This document shows positions 63,033 through 64,000 of a stretch of DNA of 64,000 nucleotides, piece after piece. Each line of letters begins with the position of its first letter. Position 1 is the stretch's first letter. Position numbers and translations under genes: made by a program. The DNA lies in contig CAWCMT010000012.1 of the NCBI GenBank assembly GCA_963796725.1, positions 2,026 through 66,025 of the forward strand, in the 5' to 3' direction. A model generated the notes under the pieces. The model searched no databases, was not told the origin of the DNA, and saw only the letters and a list, made by a program, of their open reading frames with translations. Source of the DNA: an uncultured Actinomycetes bacterium. GTDB taxonomy: Bacteria; Actinomycetota; UBA4738; HRBIN12.

Positions 63033-63758
63033 CTAGCGCAGGTCGAGGACGCGGAACTCCTCGGCGTAGCGGACGCCGATCTTCGCGCCCGACTGGGCCG
63101 CCTCCTTCTCGAGGGACTCCTCGAAGTAGCGGATGCCCTCCTCGAGTTGGCTCGCGTGCTCGGCCAGGGCCGCGACCTTCGTGGCGAAGTGATCGGTGAT
63201 GTCCTCGACATGGTTCGGCTCGTTGCTCCAGCCCAGCCAGATGTCGTGGACGTCCTTCACCTCGAGTCCCTCGCCGAGGTGCTCGCTGAAGAAGTGCGGG
63301 TTCCCCGAGGCGGGGAAGGCCGCGTCCAACGCGATCGAGCCCGCCGCGCGGTGGTCGCGGTGGTTGTAGTAGCGGTTCTCGAAGAAGATCGCCGTGGGGT
63401 CGCAGGTGAGTACGGTCTCCGCCCGGACCTCGCGGATGCGCCGCGTCACGACCTCCCGCGTCACGGTCGAGTCCTCCAGGTCGCCGTCGTGGATGCTCAG
63501 CACCTGGATCCCGGCCAGGCCCAGCACGGCGGCGGCGGCCTCCGTCTCCACCAGGCGCGTGGCGGCGAGCTCCGCACGGTCTCGGGCGGGGTCCTGCGAC
63601 CCGCGGTCCCCGTTCGTCAGCACCAACAGGTGCGTCTCCCTGCCGGCGGCCGCCCATCTCGCCATGACGCCGCCCGCCGCGATCTCGGCGTCGTCGGGGT
63701 GGGCGAAGACGGCCAGCACGGGGCCGGTGCGAACCTCGGGATCGGGATCATGGCTCAT
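63033..63758 (-). CDS. PIG-L/LmbE-family deacetylase
   Basis: 'AHPDDAE', 'TNGDRG', 'NHRDH', 'K..ALAEHASQ'. Confidence 0.9.
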   Translation of the reverse strand: MSHDPDPEVRTGPVLAVFAHPDDAEIAAGGVMARWAAAGRETHLLVLTNGDRGSQDPARDRAELAATRLVETEAAAAVLGLAGIQVLSIHDGDLEDSTVTREVVTRRIREVRAETVLTCDPTAIFFENRYYNHRDHRAAGSIALDAAFPASGNPHFFSEHLGEGLEVKDVHDIWLGWSNEPNHVEDITDHFATKVAALAEHASQLEEGIRYFEESLEKEAAQSGAKIGVRYAEEFRVLDLR

Positions 63759-63768
63759 CGTGTCCGCC

Positions 63769-64000
63769 TCAGCCGGCCGCGCGTCGTTCGACGAAGCGGA
63801 CCAGGGTCCGCACCGGGACCCCGGTGCCTCCGGCGGGGCCCAGGTCCGTGCTGCGCTGGCTGAACGCCGGACCGGCGATGTCCAGATGCACCCACGGCGT
63901 GTCGCCCACGAACTCGGCGAGGAACCACCCGGCGATGATGGCCCCACCGTAGCGGTCGCCGATGTTCTTGATGTCCGCCACCTTCGAATCGATCAGCTTG
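63769..64000 (-). CDS. pepA: Leucyl aminopeptidase (M17), C-terminal part only
   Basis: 'ADIKN.G...GAI.AG.FL.EFV...[11 protein letters not shown]...TGVPVRTL'. Confidence 0.9.
   Translation of the reverse strand, partial: KLIDSKVADIKNIGDRYGGAIIAGWFLAEFVGDTPWVHLDIAGPAFSQRSTDLGPAGGTGVPVRTLVRFVERRAAG

Overview
High-GC bacterial DNA, most consistent with an Actinomycetota genome (inferred from GC bias, Lsr2-like/GylR-like/LLM genes). Many single-base indels split otherwise intact genes, which looks like long-read sequencing error, so many coordinates are reconstructions. There are four blocks. (1) 0.1-7.7 kb: two tandem paralogous large secreted proteins (beta-propeller, Fn3 and beta-sandwich modules; one carries two inserted malectin-like domains). 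(2) 7.8-33.3 kb: a Wzx/Wzy/Wzc surface-polysaccharide locus. Its visibly lower-GC core encodes a WbpB/D/E/I-like 2,3-diacetamido-uronic acid pathway and a decayed second wecB/wbpI copy. (3) 33.3-48.3 kb: a large glycerol/dihydroxyacetone cluster (GylR-like IclR, two DhaL, glpF, dhaK, glpK, glpA, DhaM-HPr-EI, pgsA, glpX). In it, a short GlpA flavoprotein is coupled to SdhB-, SdhC- and SdhD-like genes with no sdhA and no glpB/glpC. This is the best candidate for an undescribed system: a Complex II-type glycerol-3-phosphate:quinone oxidoreductase. (4) 48.4-64 kb: mixed genes, including a small Lsr2-like protein with a putative Zn site and an AT-hook tail, ECF sigma/anti-sigma, nfeD-SPFH, pilT, a SufR-like regulator divergent from mrp/apbC, lgt and a partial pepA. 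I saw no rRNA, tRNA, CRISPR array or transposase.
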